DNA from: an uncultured Anaerolineales bacterium
GTDB lineage: Bacteria; Chloroflexota; Anaerolineae; B4-G1; SLSP01
Assembly: GCA_964501335.1 (NCBI GenBank)
Contig: CAZCTC010000010.1
Coordinates: forward strand, 1 to 64,000
Length of the DNA: 64,000 nucleotides
Direction: 5' to 3'
The translations under genes were made by a program, and so were the position numbers. How positions within the stretch are numbered: position 1 is the first letter of the stretch; every line of letters starts with the position of its first letter. This document shows, piece after piece, positions 1-9,897 of this stretch. The notes under the pieces were generated by a model. It was not told the DNA's origin and did not search any database. It saw nothing but the letters and a program-made list of their open reading frames with translations.

Positions 1-80
1 CATGGTCGGGATTGGTTAGTTTGTCTAGATCCGAGTTCTGAAGCCGCCGAAAATAGGTTTCTTGTGTCTGGGCTAATCGT

Positions 81-506
81 TTAGTGTTTCAGCGGTTGAT
101 ACCCGATGTATTCCAGAATTTTCCACTTCTGATCCCCGATCATTTCGGCCTCCCGGGCCAGGATTTTGCGCAGCAGCGGCAAAATGGGCTCCGTTCCCTT
201 CCAATGACGAATCAAGAGATCTTCATTGCCGGTTTCCCACAGTACCTGATCGGCCATAAAGGCGGCCAGAAAGATGTCGTCGATGTAGCCGTGAGGGCTT
301 GGGGGGCTTTCAGCGAAGATATCGGTCGGCAAAATGAAACAGGCAATGGCTCCCATGATGAAGGGGCGCAGCCGTTTGGGCAGTTCGGGATCGCTGAGGA
401 GGCCGGTGAGGTGCTGGAAGAAGGTGGGGGCAAGGGCAATCAGATCGGCGTGGCGTCCGGCGTAAGAGGAAATGTCTTCAGCCAGCAGTTCGTCGAAGGG
501 CTTCAT
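81..506 (-). CDS. DUF1232 (YkvA-like) domain protein
   Basis: ORF 81..635. Internal Met at 506 has AAGGAG 6 nt upstream and was chosen as start. Motif ILPTDIFAE..GYIDDIFLAAF resembles the DUF1232 signature (IPDFIP..GYLDD). Confidence 0.45.
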   Translation of the reverse strand: MKPFDELLAEDISSYAGRHADLIALAPTFFQHLTGLLSDPELPKRLRPFIMGAIACFILPTDIFAESPPSPHGYIDDIFLAAFMADQVLWETGNEDLLIRHWKGTEPILPLLRKILAREAEMIGDQKWKILEYIGYQPLKH

Positions 507-841
507 GGTTCTCCTTATAAAGAGCACACGGGCAATATGTGCGGTCATGACCGGACTTAGTTTGAGTTTAGCACAGCTTGATTTCATGGCAAATCTTGCT
601 GATGACATTGGTGTTATTTTAAGTATCCAATACAATTGATACCAGCCTGCTCATCTTCGGAGCGGGGAGGGATTTTCCCGGAATAATAGCGTTTGCCGTA
701 GAAAATTATGAATGATTGCAATATATAGTGAGGTTAAATCTTCTAAATTAAAAGGAGGTGGGGCTATACGGAAATCTCTGAGGGGTGACCGGGTGACCGG
801 TGCGATGGAGACGATTTTTTGAAGTTAATTCGGAGGAGACA

Positions 842-3800
842 ATGAGAAACTACCCCAGATTTTTTACGGCAATCGCGTTGACGCTGGCTATTTTGCTGGC
901 GGCGGGATTGCTGCCGACTGCGTCCCCGACCCTGGCTCAGGTGATGGCTGGAGACAAGGGCGGGACCCCGATTTTGAACGAAGGATTTGATGCTACAACT
1001 TTCCCCCCGACGAACTGGACGGCTGTGGCTTTGGTGGGAACTACTTATAACTGGGTTCGTTCAACTTCCGGCACCAATCCTTCGGCCACTCCGCATAACG
1101 GGTCGGCCGGGATGGTTTATTACAACAGTTACAGTTCTCCAAGCGGCAATCAGGCGCGGCTGTCTACGCCGGTTTTGAACCTGACTACGCTTACCAATCC
1201 AGTCCTGCAATTCTGGATGTACCACAGCACCATCGGATCAACCTATGCGGATTCCGTGTATGTGGATCTTTCGCTGGATGGCGGGACTTCTTATACGACC
1301 ACATTGGGAAATTTCCTGCGCTATACCAGCACGACTTCGGCCTGGGTGTTGCATACGATCGATCTCTCGGCTTATGCAACTCAGACCAATGTGAAAATCG
1401 GTTTCCGGGTCTACAGCAATGCCGGATATAACACCTTCCTGGATGACGTGGTTGTGAGCAATGCTGATCCGGATTATGCCGTTTCGACCAAGACGGCGGT
1501 ACCGGCCCACCTTTCTTCCGTTTCTTCCGGGCAGCTGATCACCTATACGGTCGTCGTGAGCAATTCTACCGTCACGGGCACGGCGACGTTGCGGGATACC
1601 TTCCCCTACAATGTGAACTATGTTCCCGGGTCGCTGGCGATCAGCAACTTCGGGACTCCGCTGGCCAGCGATGCGGCCGGGGAAAGCATCCCGGGCGGGG
1701 CGCCGGTCGATTTGGGGAATCTCTATGTGACCGATATCGGCCCCTATTTGCATATTGCCTTTACCGTCAATGCCGATATCAGCGGCAGCAACAACTGGGG
1801 CAAATATGCGCTGTATATCGATACCACCAACGACAGCAACGGCGCGACTTCGGATGCCTGGACGCGCAAAGTAACGGTGGCCGATCCTCACAAGCCCGAG
1901 TTCGGGATCTACACATGGGTGGACAATTCTCCTTACAGCCCCAGCGCCACGCAGCTCTGGCAATGGGGCGGCTCCAGCTGGAGCAATATCGGCTCCGTCG
2001 ATGCAGTCAAACTGACCACCGGGCCGGTTTCCACTATTGAGTGGGATGTGGCCAAAGCCAAACTGGGGAACCCTTCCCAGATTTGGGTGGAGGTCTGGTC
2101 TACGGGCGGCGGCACGACCGATAATGCTCAGGATACGATCAACGAGCCGACCGCCGATTGGAATGCTACGGATTGGTCGACCACGGCGACGCTGGCGAAT
2201 TCGACGGCCTATACGCCTTCCACCACCCTGGTGTGGAGCGGTCAGTCGTTGAAGAATCAGCCGATCACAGTGACTTACGCCGTGACGCCGACGATCCTCA
2301 CGGGGTCCGTGACCAATACGGCGACGATCAGCGATCCGACCACGGCGGCTACGGTTACCATGAGCACCCTGCACACGGTGGCGGCGCCGAACTACAATTC
2401 GTCGACGATTTTGCCCCACACCATCCATCCCGCTTCTTTGATGACCTACACCCTGGTTATTTACAATTCCAGCGCCGGGGCCGGGACCTCCACGTTTGTG
2501 ACCAGCTCGATTCCGGCCGGGACGACTTATGCCGGCGGAGCAGCGGTGCAGGGCGGCGGGACGCTGCTGGCGGATTCCGGCGGCATCACCTGGACCGGGC
2601 GTGTGACGGCGACGAGCCGGGTGACGATTACTTATCCGGTCATTCCCCCGGCCAGCGGGCGGTTGACGGTGACGGCGGGGATCAGCGATGTCGCATTGAG
2701 CGCGCCGGTCCTGAAAACTCAGTCCTTCACGCTTCAGCCCCCTTCCGGCGGGCCGGATGCCTTCGGTTATACCTATCAGGACAGCTATGCGTCCGGCGGC
2801 CCGACCTATTCCTGGGTGCCCACGACCACTGCGACCCAGCTGGTTACCCGGGCCGGGACTCTGGATCAAGGCTGGTATACGACGACGCTGCCCTTCAATT
2901 TTGTCTTTTACGGCAATGTCTATACCACGGTTTATCCCACGACCAACGGGTTGTTGACCTTTGGGGCCGGATCTTCGGCTTCTACAAATACCGGGATTCC
3001 TACTACCACAACTCCCAACAATTACATTGGCTGCTTCTGGGACGATCTGACGATCAATATCGTTGCGACCGAAGGGATTTCTTACGAAGTCCAGGGAACG
3101 GCTCCCAACCAGGTGGTGATTTACTCTTATGCGATCGAAAATTACGCTGCCAGCGGCGTGCCGTATGTCTTCCAGACTTTGCTGTTTGAAGGCTCCAATC
3201 AGATTGTGTGCCAGTACAAATCGATGGGGCCCAACGCCTACAGCGACGGTTCTTTTGCCACCGTCGGCATCGAAAATGCGGCGGGGACGACCGGCGTGCA
3301 GTATTCTTACAATCCGGCTTATGGCCCGATCGAGAACAAGCTGGCGATCCGGTTCCTGCCGCCGCAGCGGCCGATGTACGATCTTTCGACTAAGAGCGTT
3401 TTCCCGACCGGGGTCGTGACTCCGGGCGATCAGTTGACCTATACGGTCGTGGTCCGGAATGTCGGGCCGGTGGACGGAACTATGATTTTCAGCGATCCGA
3501 TCCCGGCCGGCGCGACTTTTGTGGAAGCCCTGGGCGATACGTTGCCGACTTTTGACGGCACGGCCCTTAACTGGACCGGGACTGTGACCAAAGGGGAATC
3601 GATTACGTTTACCTATGTGGTGAATGTGATCGGGCATGGTTCAGGCATGATCACCAATACGGCGACGATCAGCGATGCGCAGATTCCGGCGCCGATCACG
3701 CGGGTGACGACAAATGGGGTGAAGATTCCGGCTTACAGCACCTCGACCAAGACCGTGGCCCCGACCGGGACGGTCTTCCCGGGGCAGCTGTTGACCTATA

Positions 3801-6800
3801 CCGTGGTGCTTCTGAACAGCGGCACCTTTACGGGGACGGCGACGCTCAGCGACGTTATTCCTAGCGGGGTGAATTACGTGCCGGGTACGGCGGCGGTGGT
3901 GGGCGGCGGCACGCTGGACGACAGCAACGGCATTGCCTGGTCCGGGCCGGTCTCTGTTTCCGGCCGGGTTACAGTGACCTACAATGCATTGGTGACGGCG
4001 ATTCAGGGCTCGATTACCAACACGGCGGTGATCAGCGATCCGTTGATTTCGGCTTCGGTGTCGAAGTCGGTGAACAACTCAATTGCGGCTCCGATCTACA
4101 GTGGTTCCTCGAAATCCGCTTCGACGGCCGGCGCAGTTAATCCGGGCCAGCAGTTGACCTATACAATTGTGTTGAGCAACAGCGGTCTATTGACCGGTAC
4201 GGCGACCCTGGATGATCCTTTGCCGGCTGAGGTCAGCTATGTGGCCGCCTCGGCGGCGGTGGTGGGCGGTGGGACATTGACCGATACTGCCGGGATTGCC
4301 TGGAGTGGGTCGATCACGCCCGGCGGGCGGATCACGATCACGTACAAGGTGCTGGTGACCGGCATCCGCGGCACCATTACCAATACGGCGACGATCAGCG
4401 ATCCGCTGCTGCTGGCACCCGTCGCGAAATCGGTGGCGAACGCCATTGCTGTTCCGGTGTTGAGCACCTCGGCCAAGACCGTTTCGGTGAATGCGGCTCC
4501 GGTCGGTGGGACTCTCACCTACTGGGTGGCGATCAAGAATACCGGTTCGATGACGGCTCAGACGGCTTCGCTGGTGGATGTTTTGCCGGCGGGTTTGATG
4601 CCCAATACTGGTGCCCTGGCCGCTTCTTCCGGTTCAATCATCGCGGCGGCGGGGGCGGTAAGATGGAACGGGTTGGTGCCGCCGGCGGCGACGGTCTATC
4701 TGACGATTCCGACCACGGTCGGCAGCGATTTGTGCGGTCAGACGATTATGAGCAATACGGCCGTCATTTCCGACCCGGCGTTGCTGGCTTCGGTTCCGGT
4801 AACGGCCGCGATGGTTCAGATCTACGGCGCCAATGTTAAATTCAGTGAAGGTTTTGACGAGGTGACTTTCCCACCGACGGGGTGGACAACGCTGGTCGTT
4901 ACTCCTTCAACGGGCACTGATCCTGCGCCCGCCTGGTCCCGTGTGACCGCTGGAACCAATCCCGTCGCTTCTCTTTATAACGGCGCGGGGATGCTTAGTT
5001 TCAATTCGTATAACGCCAGTGATTATGCCGCGAATCGGTTGTCCAGCCCCAGCTTTAGCCTTAGCGGGGCGGGGGATGCGGCCTTGGTGTTTGCGATGTA
5101 CCACGATTCGGGTTATTCTTCTTCTCCGGATCGGATTCAGGTACAGATTTCTCTGGATGGCGGGACGGTTTACACGAATGTCGGCGCGCCTATCCAGCGC
5201 TATTCGCTGACGACGGGCTGGTTGATTCATATGGTGGATCTTTCGGCCTATAAGGGGCAGTCGGTCCGGCTGGCCTTGTTGGGGATCAGCGATTACGGCA
5301 ATAACATGTTTGTGGATTTGTTGAGTGTCCGGAGCTGCTGCGATCTTCCCGACGGCGGAGACTTTACCTTTGCGCCGCCCTCGCCGTTGACCGGGCAATC
5401 GATCGATTTCACCGGTGCGGTTCTGACGGGCACGGCGCCCTTTACCTACAGCTGGGACTTCGGCGACGGCAGCGCGGTGGCTACCGGCAATCCGGCAACT
5501 CATAGCTATGCGGCGGCGGCCACTTATCCGGTGACCATGACGGTGATCAACCGCTGCGGTTCGACCCAGACTGCCAAATCCGTGACGGTGATGGATGCCC
5601 CGGTGGCACCGGTGATCTCGCTGGTTTCTTCCAGCCCGACGGTGCTCGGCAATCCGACTTACTTCACCGGCACACTGCAAACCGGCTCGACGCCGATCAC
5701 CTATACCTGGGACTTCGGGGACGGGACGGTGTTGGAAGCGGGTCTGACGATGTCGCATACCTATGCGGCGGGTTCTTACACTGCCATCCTGACCGCGTCC
5801 AATGTGGCGGGGACGGTTTCTCAGACCGTTACCGTGTTGGTCGGAACCGGTCCGACGGCAGGCTTCACGCCGACTTCGGTGACGCTCAATGCACCGAATA
5901 CGACGGCGGCCTTTACTTCGACGAGCTCGAATGAACTGGGCTGGCTGTGGAACTTCGGCGACGGCATGACCAGCACGTTGCAGAACCCGACCCATGCTTA
6001 TCCGACGCCGGCTGCTCAGGCCGCGAATTCCTACACGGTTACCCTGACGGTGACCAATACGTACGGGACGGCGCAGGCGACCGGACGGGTAACGATCACC
6101 AACTACTATCCTTCTTTCACGGGCGTCAGTTCGGGGCTTTTCGGCCTGATTCAGCAGGGCTCTCTCTTGACTTACACGATGCGGGTGACCAACAGCGGTA
6201 AGGTGACGGCTGCGCAGGCCAGCCTGGTCGATACCTTCCCCGGTGGGGCGACGGGGCCGGCGATCAATGTCGCGGCCAGCAGCGGCAGCATCGTGGCCAA
6301 CACTGCTTCCGGGTTGACCTGGAACGGCACGTTGGGCGTGAGCGAGAGCGTCACCCTGACCTTTGTCTTGACGGCTACGGGGAGCTGCGGCTCCAGTGTT
6401 CTGTCGAATACGGCGGTGGTTTCAGATCCTTTGACGGTGACCCCCTTGACGTTGACGACGCCGGGGAGCGGAATCTACAGTTACAGCTATCTCAGTCAAG
6501 GGTTTGATGCCACGACATTCCCGCCGACCGGGTGGAGTACCGCGGTACTGACCTTCACGGGCGATACCGCGCCGGCCTGGTCGCAGGCGACTTCCGGGTC
6601 CAATCCGACGGTTTCCCCGCGCACCGGCGCCGGGATGCTCAAGTTTAATTCTTACAGTGCCGATGCGGGGGATGCTGCCCGCCTGGTTTTGCCGGCTCAG
6701 TTGCCGGGGGTCGCGGTCTTCCAGTTTGCGATGTATCACGATACGGGCTACACCACCACCTACGATCTGGTTCTGGTGCAGATTTCGACGGATAACGGCG

Positions 6801-7561
6801 CGACTTACAGCACCCTGGCGAATTTCAGACGTTATGACGGCAGCACGGGATGGAAGTTGCATTCGGTCGATCTGACCGCTTATGCGGGGCAGAGTGTGCG
6901 GCTGGCCCTGTTGGGCGTCAGCGCCTACGGCAACAACATGTTCCTGGACGATCTGTTCGTCGGCGGTTGCCAGAGTTGTGCGGTGCCTTCCGGCGGCAAT
7001 ATCCTGGCTTCGCCGGATCAACCGGTCATCGGTCAGGCGGTTACCTTTACCGGGGTCGTCACGGGTTCCGCTCCTATGAGCTACAGCTGGAATTTTGGCG
7101 ACAACGGCACGGGTACCGGGATCACGGCAACGCATACCTATACGGCGGCCCGGGCTTACACCGTCGTGATGACCGCGACCAATTCCTGTGGTTTTGCGGT
7201 CTATACGAAGACGGTGAATGTGGCCTCTTCCTGTGTCAATGTGAGCGGTGTGGACTTCAACTGGACGCCGGTCACGCCGACAGCCGGGGTGGCTTCCTTC
7301 TTTACGGCGACGTTGGCTGCGGGGACGGCGCCTTTGACCTACACCTGGAATTTCGGCCATGGCGCCGATGTGGTGGATGGAGCGACGATTTCGCACACCT
7401 TCCCGGTGACGGCGGCCAACCAGACTTATACGGTTTCGTTGACGGTTGCCAACGGTTGTTCGGCGGCTCCGGCCGTGGTGAAAGCGGTCACCGTGGCGGG
7501 GGCAACTCCGGTGCTGGATAAGTATGTCTTCCTCCCGATTGTGATCCGCAACAGTCAGTAA
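842..7561 (+). CDS. Giant secreted surface/adhesin-like protein (2,240 aa). Signal peptide, three copies of a choice-of-anchor-J/MAM-like module (FDxxTFPPTGW..MYHD..DLSAYxGQ), about 10 DUF11-type repeats (LTYTxVxxNxG...GTATLxD) and about 8 PKD-like domains (FTGxxxxGxxPxTYxWxFGDG)
   Basis: Long ORF 800..7561. ATG at 842 is preceded by GGAGGAG. N-terminus MRNYPRFFTAIALTLAILLAAG is a signal peptide. Repeat motifs were read directly from the translation. Confidence 0.85.
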   Translation: MRNYPRFFTAIALTLAILLAAGLLPTASPTLAQVMAGDKGGTPILNEGFDATTFPPTNWTAVALVGTTYNWVRSTSGTNPSATPHNGSAGMVYYNSYSSPSGNQARLSTPVLNLTTLTNPVLQFWMYHSTIGSTYADSVYVDLSLDGGTSYTTTLGNFLRYTSTTSAWVLHTIDLSAYATQTNVKIGFRVYSNAGYNTFLDDVVVSNADPDYAVSTKTAVPAHLSSVSSGQLITYTVVVSNSTVTGTATLRDTFPYNVNYVPGSLAISNFGTPLASDAAGESIPGGAPVDLGNLYVTDIGPYLHIAFTVNADISGSNNWGKYALYIDTTNDSNGATSDAWTRKVTVADPHKPEFGIYTWVDNSPYSPSATQLWQWGGSSWSNIGSVDAVKLTTGPVSTIEWDVAKAKLGNPSQIWVEVWSTGGGTTDNAQDTINEPTADWNATDWSTTATLANSTAYTPSTTLVWSGQSLKNQPITVTYAVTPTILTGSVTNTATISDPTTAATVTMSTLHTVAAPNYNSSTILPHTIHPASLMTYTLVIYNSSAGAGTSTFVTSSIPAGTTYAGGAAVQGGGTLLADSGGITWTGRVTATSRVTITYPVIPPASGRLTVTAGISDVALSAPVLKTQSFTLQPPSGGPDAFGYTYQDSYASGGPTYSWVPTTTATQLVTRAGTLDQGWYTTTLPFNFVFYGNVYTTVYPTTNGLLTFGAGSSASTNTGIPTTTTPNNYIGCFWDDLTINIVATEGISYEVQGTAPNQVVIYSYAIENYAASGVPYVFQTLLFEGSNQIVCQYKSMGPNAYSDGSFATVGIENAAGTTGVQYSYNPAYGPIENKLAIRFLPPQRPMYDLSTKSVFPTGVVTPGDQLTYTVVVRNVGPVDGTMIFSDPIPAGATFVEALGDTLPTFDGTALNWTGTVTKGESITFTYVVNVIGHGSGMITNTATISDAQIPAPITRVTTNGVKIPAYSTSTKTVAPTGTVFPGQLLTYTVVLLNSGTFTGTATLSDVIPSGVNYVPGTAAVVGGGTLDDSNGIAWSGPVSVSGRVTVTYNALVTAIQGSITNTAVISDPLISASVSKSVNNSIAAPIYSGSSKSASTAGAVNPGQQLTYTIVLSNSGLLTGTATLDDPLPAEVSYVAASAAVVGGGTLTDTAGIAWSGSITPGGRITITYKVLVTGIRGTITNTATISDPLLLAPVAKSVANAIAVPVLSTSAKTVSVNAAPVGGTLTYWVAIKNTGSMTAQTASLVDVLPAGLMPNTGALAASSGSIIAAAGAVRWNGLVPPAATVYLTIPTTVGSDLCGQTIMSNTAVISDPALLASVPVTAAMVQIYGANVKFSEGFDEVTFPPTGWTTLVVTPSTGTDPAPAWSRVTAGTNPVASLYNGAGMLSFNSYNASDYAANRLSSPSFSLSGAGDAALVFAMYHDSGYSSSPDRIQVQISLDGGTVYTNVGAPIQRYSLTTGWLIHMVDLSAYKGQSVRLALLGISDYGNNMFVDLLSVRSCCDLPDGGDFTFAPPSPLTGQSIDFTGAVLTGTAPFTYSWDFGDGSAVATGNPATHSYAAAATYPVTMTVINRCGSTQTAKSVTVMDAPVAPVISLVSSSPTVLGNPTYFTGTLQTGSTPITYTWDFGDGTVLEAGLTMSHTYAAGSYTAILTASNVAGTVSQTVTVLVGTGPTAGFTPTSVTLNAPNTTAAFTSTSSNELGWLWNFGDGMTSTLQNPTHAYPTPAAQAANSYTVTLTVTNTYGTAQATGRVTITNYYPSFTGVSSGLFGLIQQGSLLTYTMRVTNSGKVTAAQASLVDTFPGGATGPAINVAASSGSIVANTASGLTWNGTLGVSESVTLTFVLTATGSCGSSVLSNTAVVSDPLTVTPLTLTTPGSGIYSYSYLSQGFDATTFPPTGWSTAVLTFTGDTAPAWSQATSGSNPTVSPRTGAGMLKFNSYSADAGDAARLVLPAQLPGVAVFQFAMYHDTGYTTTYDLVLVQISTDNGATYSTLANFRRYDGSTGWKLHSVDLTAYAGQSVRLALLGVSAYGNNMFLDDLFVGGCQSCAVPSGGNILASPDQPVIGQAVTFTGVVTGSAPMSYSWNFGDNGTGTGITATHTYTAARAYTVVMTATNSCGFAVYTKTVNVASSCVNVSGVDFNWTPVTPTAGVASFFTATLAAGTAPLTYTWNFGHGADVVDGATISHTFPVTAANQTYTVSLTVANGCSAAPAVVKAVTVAGATPVLDKYVFLPIVIRNSQ

Positions 7562-7589
7562 TCGCGGAGCGGTCAGTTTTCGGGGATCA

Positions 7590-7626
7590 AAAGCAGATAG
7601 GGCTCGCCCTATCTGCTTTTTCATTT
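7590..7626 (+). terminator. Intrinsic terminator after the giant gene
   Basis: agcagataggg-ctcg-ccctatctgct hairpin followed by TTTTT, 30 nt after the stop codon. Confidence 0.6.
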
Positions 7627-7670
7627 TTCGGGGTGCCGTCCCCGGCCTGGCGTTCTGTCCTGAAAATAGG
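7617..7670. repeat. Intergenic repeat family B, copy 1 (ttttcatNNttcggggtgccgNccccggc..ttctgtcctgaaaatag)
   Basis: About 50-nt near-identical second copy at 7960..8012. Contains the small hairpin cgggg-tgccg-ccccg. Confidence 0.6.
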
Positions 7671-7700
7671 TTTTTATAGCATGGCCCCAGCCTTGTAACG

Positions 7701-7802
7701 TCCCGCAAATGATCTTTTCCCGGTCAGATACGACGCGCAGGATGGGCAGAGAGAGTTTTTTGTTTATGTTTTCGCGGGCTTCAGAAAGCCCGCGAAAACA
7801 TA
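7701..7802. repeat. Composite intergenic palindromic element (arm tcccgcaaa..gacgcgc..gggagagagtttttt plus GC hairpin core 7766..7801)
   Basis: Arm and hairpin (ttttcgcgggc-ttcagaaa-gcccgcgaaaa) recur at 12768, 14024, 58142 and 58282. Inverted arms recur at 11900 and 19870. Confidence 0.7.
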
Positions 7803-7959
7803 GTCCTTTTTCAGAGCCGCCCCGGCAACGCACTCTGAAGTCCCTCCCCCTCACTCCGATGCCGGCGGCGCATCTTCGCCACGAATCTCCTGGAAGCGCG
7901 TTGCGCCTTCACAACCGCATGGGGGAGGGATTAGGGAGAGGGCCAGCGCGCGAAAACCA

Positions 7960-8012
7960 TTTTCATCCTTCGGGGTGCCGCCCCCGGCATGACCTTCTGT
8001 CCTGAAAATAGC
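7960..8012. repeat. Intergenic repeat family B, copy 2
   Basis: Near-identical to 7617..7670. Confidence 0.6.
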
Positions 8013-8214
8013 CCACGCCGTGCCCCCCACGGGCGACCATAAAGGTCGCCCCTACCCGAACCCCGCCAATGTAGGGACAGGTGGGCGCCCTCTCGTCTGA
8101 AAACAGGCTTTTTTCTCAGACTAATCGCATCGGTCGGTAAAAACAAGAGGCTTTCTGACTAATTCGCGGTGCATTGCATTTTTTGAGGAGCTGAAGTATA
8201 ATAAACAAACGTAA

Positions 8215-8262
8215 TTCTAACCTTTTTCAGGTAATTAGAAAGAAGTTTTCTAACTTTTCAGG
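8215..8262 (+). promoter_or_regulatory. Two direct repeats (ttctaac[c]tttt[t]cagg) between a TATAAT-like box (8197..8202) and the terpene cyclase start
   Basis: Repeats at 8215..8231 and 8247..8262, about 16 nt apart. Possible operator or 5'-UTR element. Confidence 0.25.
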
Positions 8263-8271
8263 AAGGTAAAG

Positions 8272-9825
8272 ATGGAAACCACGGAAGCCGCAGAATTCTT
8301 ATTCGATGAACTTTCACAGCTGCTCAAGGCTTGTGGGGCAACGGGGGGATTGGTAAGTCCTTCCGTATATGACACGGCTCAAGTGTTGCGCCTGGCTCCC
8401 CCGCCTGATCCGGAACCGGCTCTGCGCTGGTTACTCGATCAACAGCAACCCGATGGGGGGTGGGGCAGTTCATTGATGTCGAGTGCGCGGGACTTGTCGA
8501 CCCTGGCCGCGATCCTGGCCTTGAAGAAGTATCCTCAATTGAAAGGCGTTGAGGAAGCGGTGGCGGGCGGTTTACATTATTTAAATGCTCACGCGACGGT
8601 GTGGGCTTTTGAGCCGGTCGATCACTGGATGGTGGGGGTCGAGTTGATCCTGCCGCATTTGCTGCAGGAGGCTCGAAACTGGGGGTGGGAGCTTCCTTAC
8701 CATCTTTATGAGCCGTTGATGCAGGTGGGAGAGCGGCGCCGGCAACGTCTGGCGAAGATGAAACCCCGGGCCGGCACGCCGTTTGTCCATTCCTGGGAAG
8801 CCTGGGGCGAAATTGCCGATCCGGCTTTGCTGGACGGCACCGGGGGGGTGGGGCATAGTCCGGCCGCTACGGCGGGGTGGTTGGGGGCTGCCGGCGAGAC
8901 TCCCGAGCTGGAGGCTTCGCGGCAGGCCGCCCGGAGCTATCTGGCCCAGGCGGCCGAATCGACCGGATTGGGAATCTCCGGGGTCGTGCCGACGGTCTGG
9001 CCGATCGTCCATTACGAGCGGGCTTTCATGCTTTATTTTCTGGTCGTGACCGGGTTGTGGGACCATCCCCGTTTAAAAGCGGCGGTGGAACCCCAGCTGG
9101 ATCTATTGGCCGCAGCGTTGCGGGAAGATGGTTTGGGGTTTAGTGATTATTTTATTCCTGATGGCGATGATTCTACGGTAGCGGTGGCGGTTTTAAAGGC
9201 GACCGGTCGAGCGGTCTCGATTGAGGCTATTCGCCAGTTTATGCAGGAAGGCTTTTTTTCCACCTATGCGAATGAATTGAACCCTTCCCTTTCGGCTTCG
9301 GCTCATGGGGTGCATGCCCTGGGAATTTTGGGGGAACCGGAATACAATTTTTATCTGGATTATCTCTTGCAGAGACAGCTGCCTGAAGGTTATTGGAAGG
9401 GCGATAAGTGGAATATCTCCTGGCTGTATGTGACGGAGCAGGTGGTTCTGGCGCTGGCGGAGAACTTACCGGAAGCGGATGCGGAGCGCGTTTTGCAGGC
9501 TGTCCTGGCGGCTCAGAAAGCCGACGGCAGCTGGGGGACGATCGAAGAGACGGCCTATGCCTTCACGGTGATGCGAACCTTACGGAATATTTCCGGTCCC
9601 TTCTATTTTGACGTGATCAATGCTTTGATGCGAAGCGGGCATTGGTTGGTGAGAAAATTCAAGTTTCGGCAATTTGCGCCGGTTAATTTGTGGGTGGGTA
9701 AGGAGCTTTATTGTCCTTATCGGGTGGTGCGGACGATGGAATTATCGGCTTTGCTGGCCGGAATGTTGGAATATGCGGATGTGGGAATTGAAGTGCCGAT
9801 TTTTTCATCGGTTATGATTCATTGA
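8272..9825 (+). CDS. Class II terpene cyclase-like protein (squalene/diterpene cyclase beta-gamma fold)
   Basis: QW-type motif QQQPDGGWG, DxDD motif in FIPDGDDSTVAV, and a SPAATA-like motif (HSPAATAGW) typical of class II di/triterpene cyclases. Its 517 aa length fits bacterial type-B diterpene cyclases. RBS AGGAAGG precedes the ATG. Confidence 0.55.
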   Translation: METTEAAEFLFDELSQLLKACGATGGLVSPSVYDTAQVLRLAPPPDPEPALRWLLDQQQPDGGWGSSLMSSARDLSTLAAILALKKYPQLKGVEEAVAGGLHYLNAHATVWAFEPVDHWMVGVELILPHLLQEARNWGWELPYHLYEPLMQVGERRRQRLAKMKPRAGTPFVHSWEAWGEIADPALLDGTGGVGHSPAATAGWLGAAGETPELEASRQAARSYLAQAAESTGLGISGVVPTVWPIVHYERAFMLYFLVVTGLWDHPRLKAAVEPQLDLLAAALREDGLGFSDYFIPDGDDSTVAVAVLKATGRAVSIEAIRQFMQEGFFSTYANELNPSLSASAHGVHALGILGEPEYNFYLDYLLQRQLPEGYWKGDKWNISWLYVTEQVVLALAENLPEADAERVLQAVLAAQKADGSWGTIEETAYAFTVMRTLRNISGPFYFDVINALMRSGHWLVRKFKFRQFAPVNLWVGKELYCPYRVVRTMELSALLAGMLEYADVGIEVPIFSSVMIH

Positions 9826-9835
9826 CAACTGGAAG

Positions 9836-9889
9836 TTAAAAAGGATCGCGCGCGGCCCCTCGGAGAGGCCGCGCGCGATCCTTTTTTGT
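9836..9889. terminator. Bidirectional terminator between convergent genes
   Basis: AAAAA-ggatcgcgcgcggcc-loop-ggccgcgcgcgatcc-TTTTTT. Confidence 0.65.
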
Positions 9890-9897
9890 TTGATGTG

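Noticed and set aside
84-560. 158-aa + strand ORF overlapping the DUF1232 gene
   Set aside because: Antisense overlap with no RBS. Gly/Glu-rich low-complexity translation.
1238-3637. 799-aa ORF antisense to the giant surface-protein gene
   Set aside because: Entirely embedded in the opposite strand of a well-supported CDS. Arg/Gly/Pro/His-rich composition is typical of spurious antisense frames in high-GC DNA.
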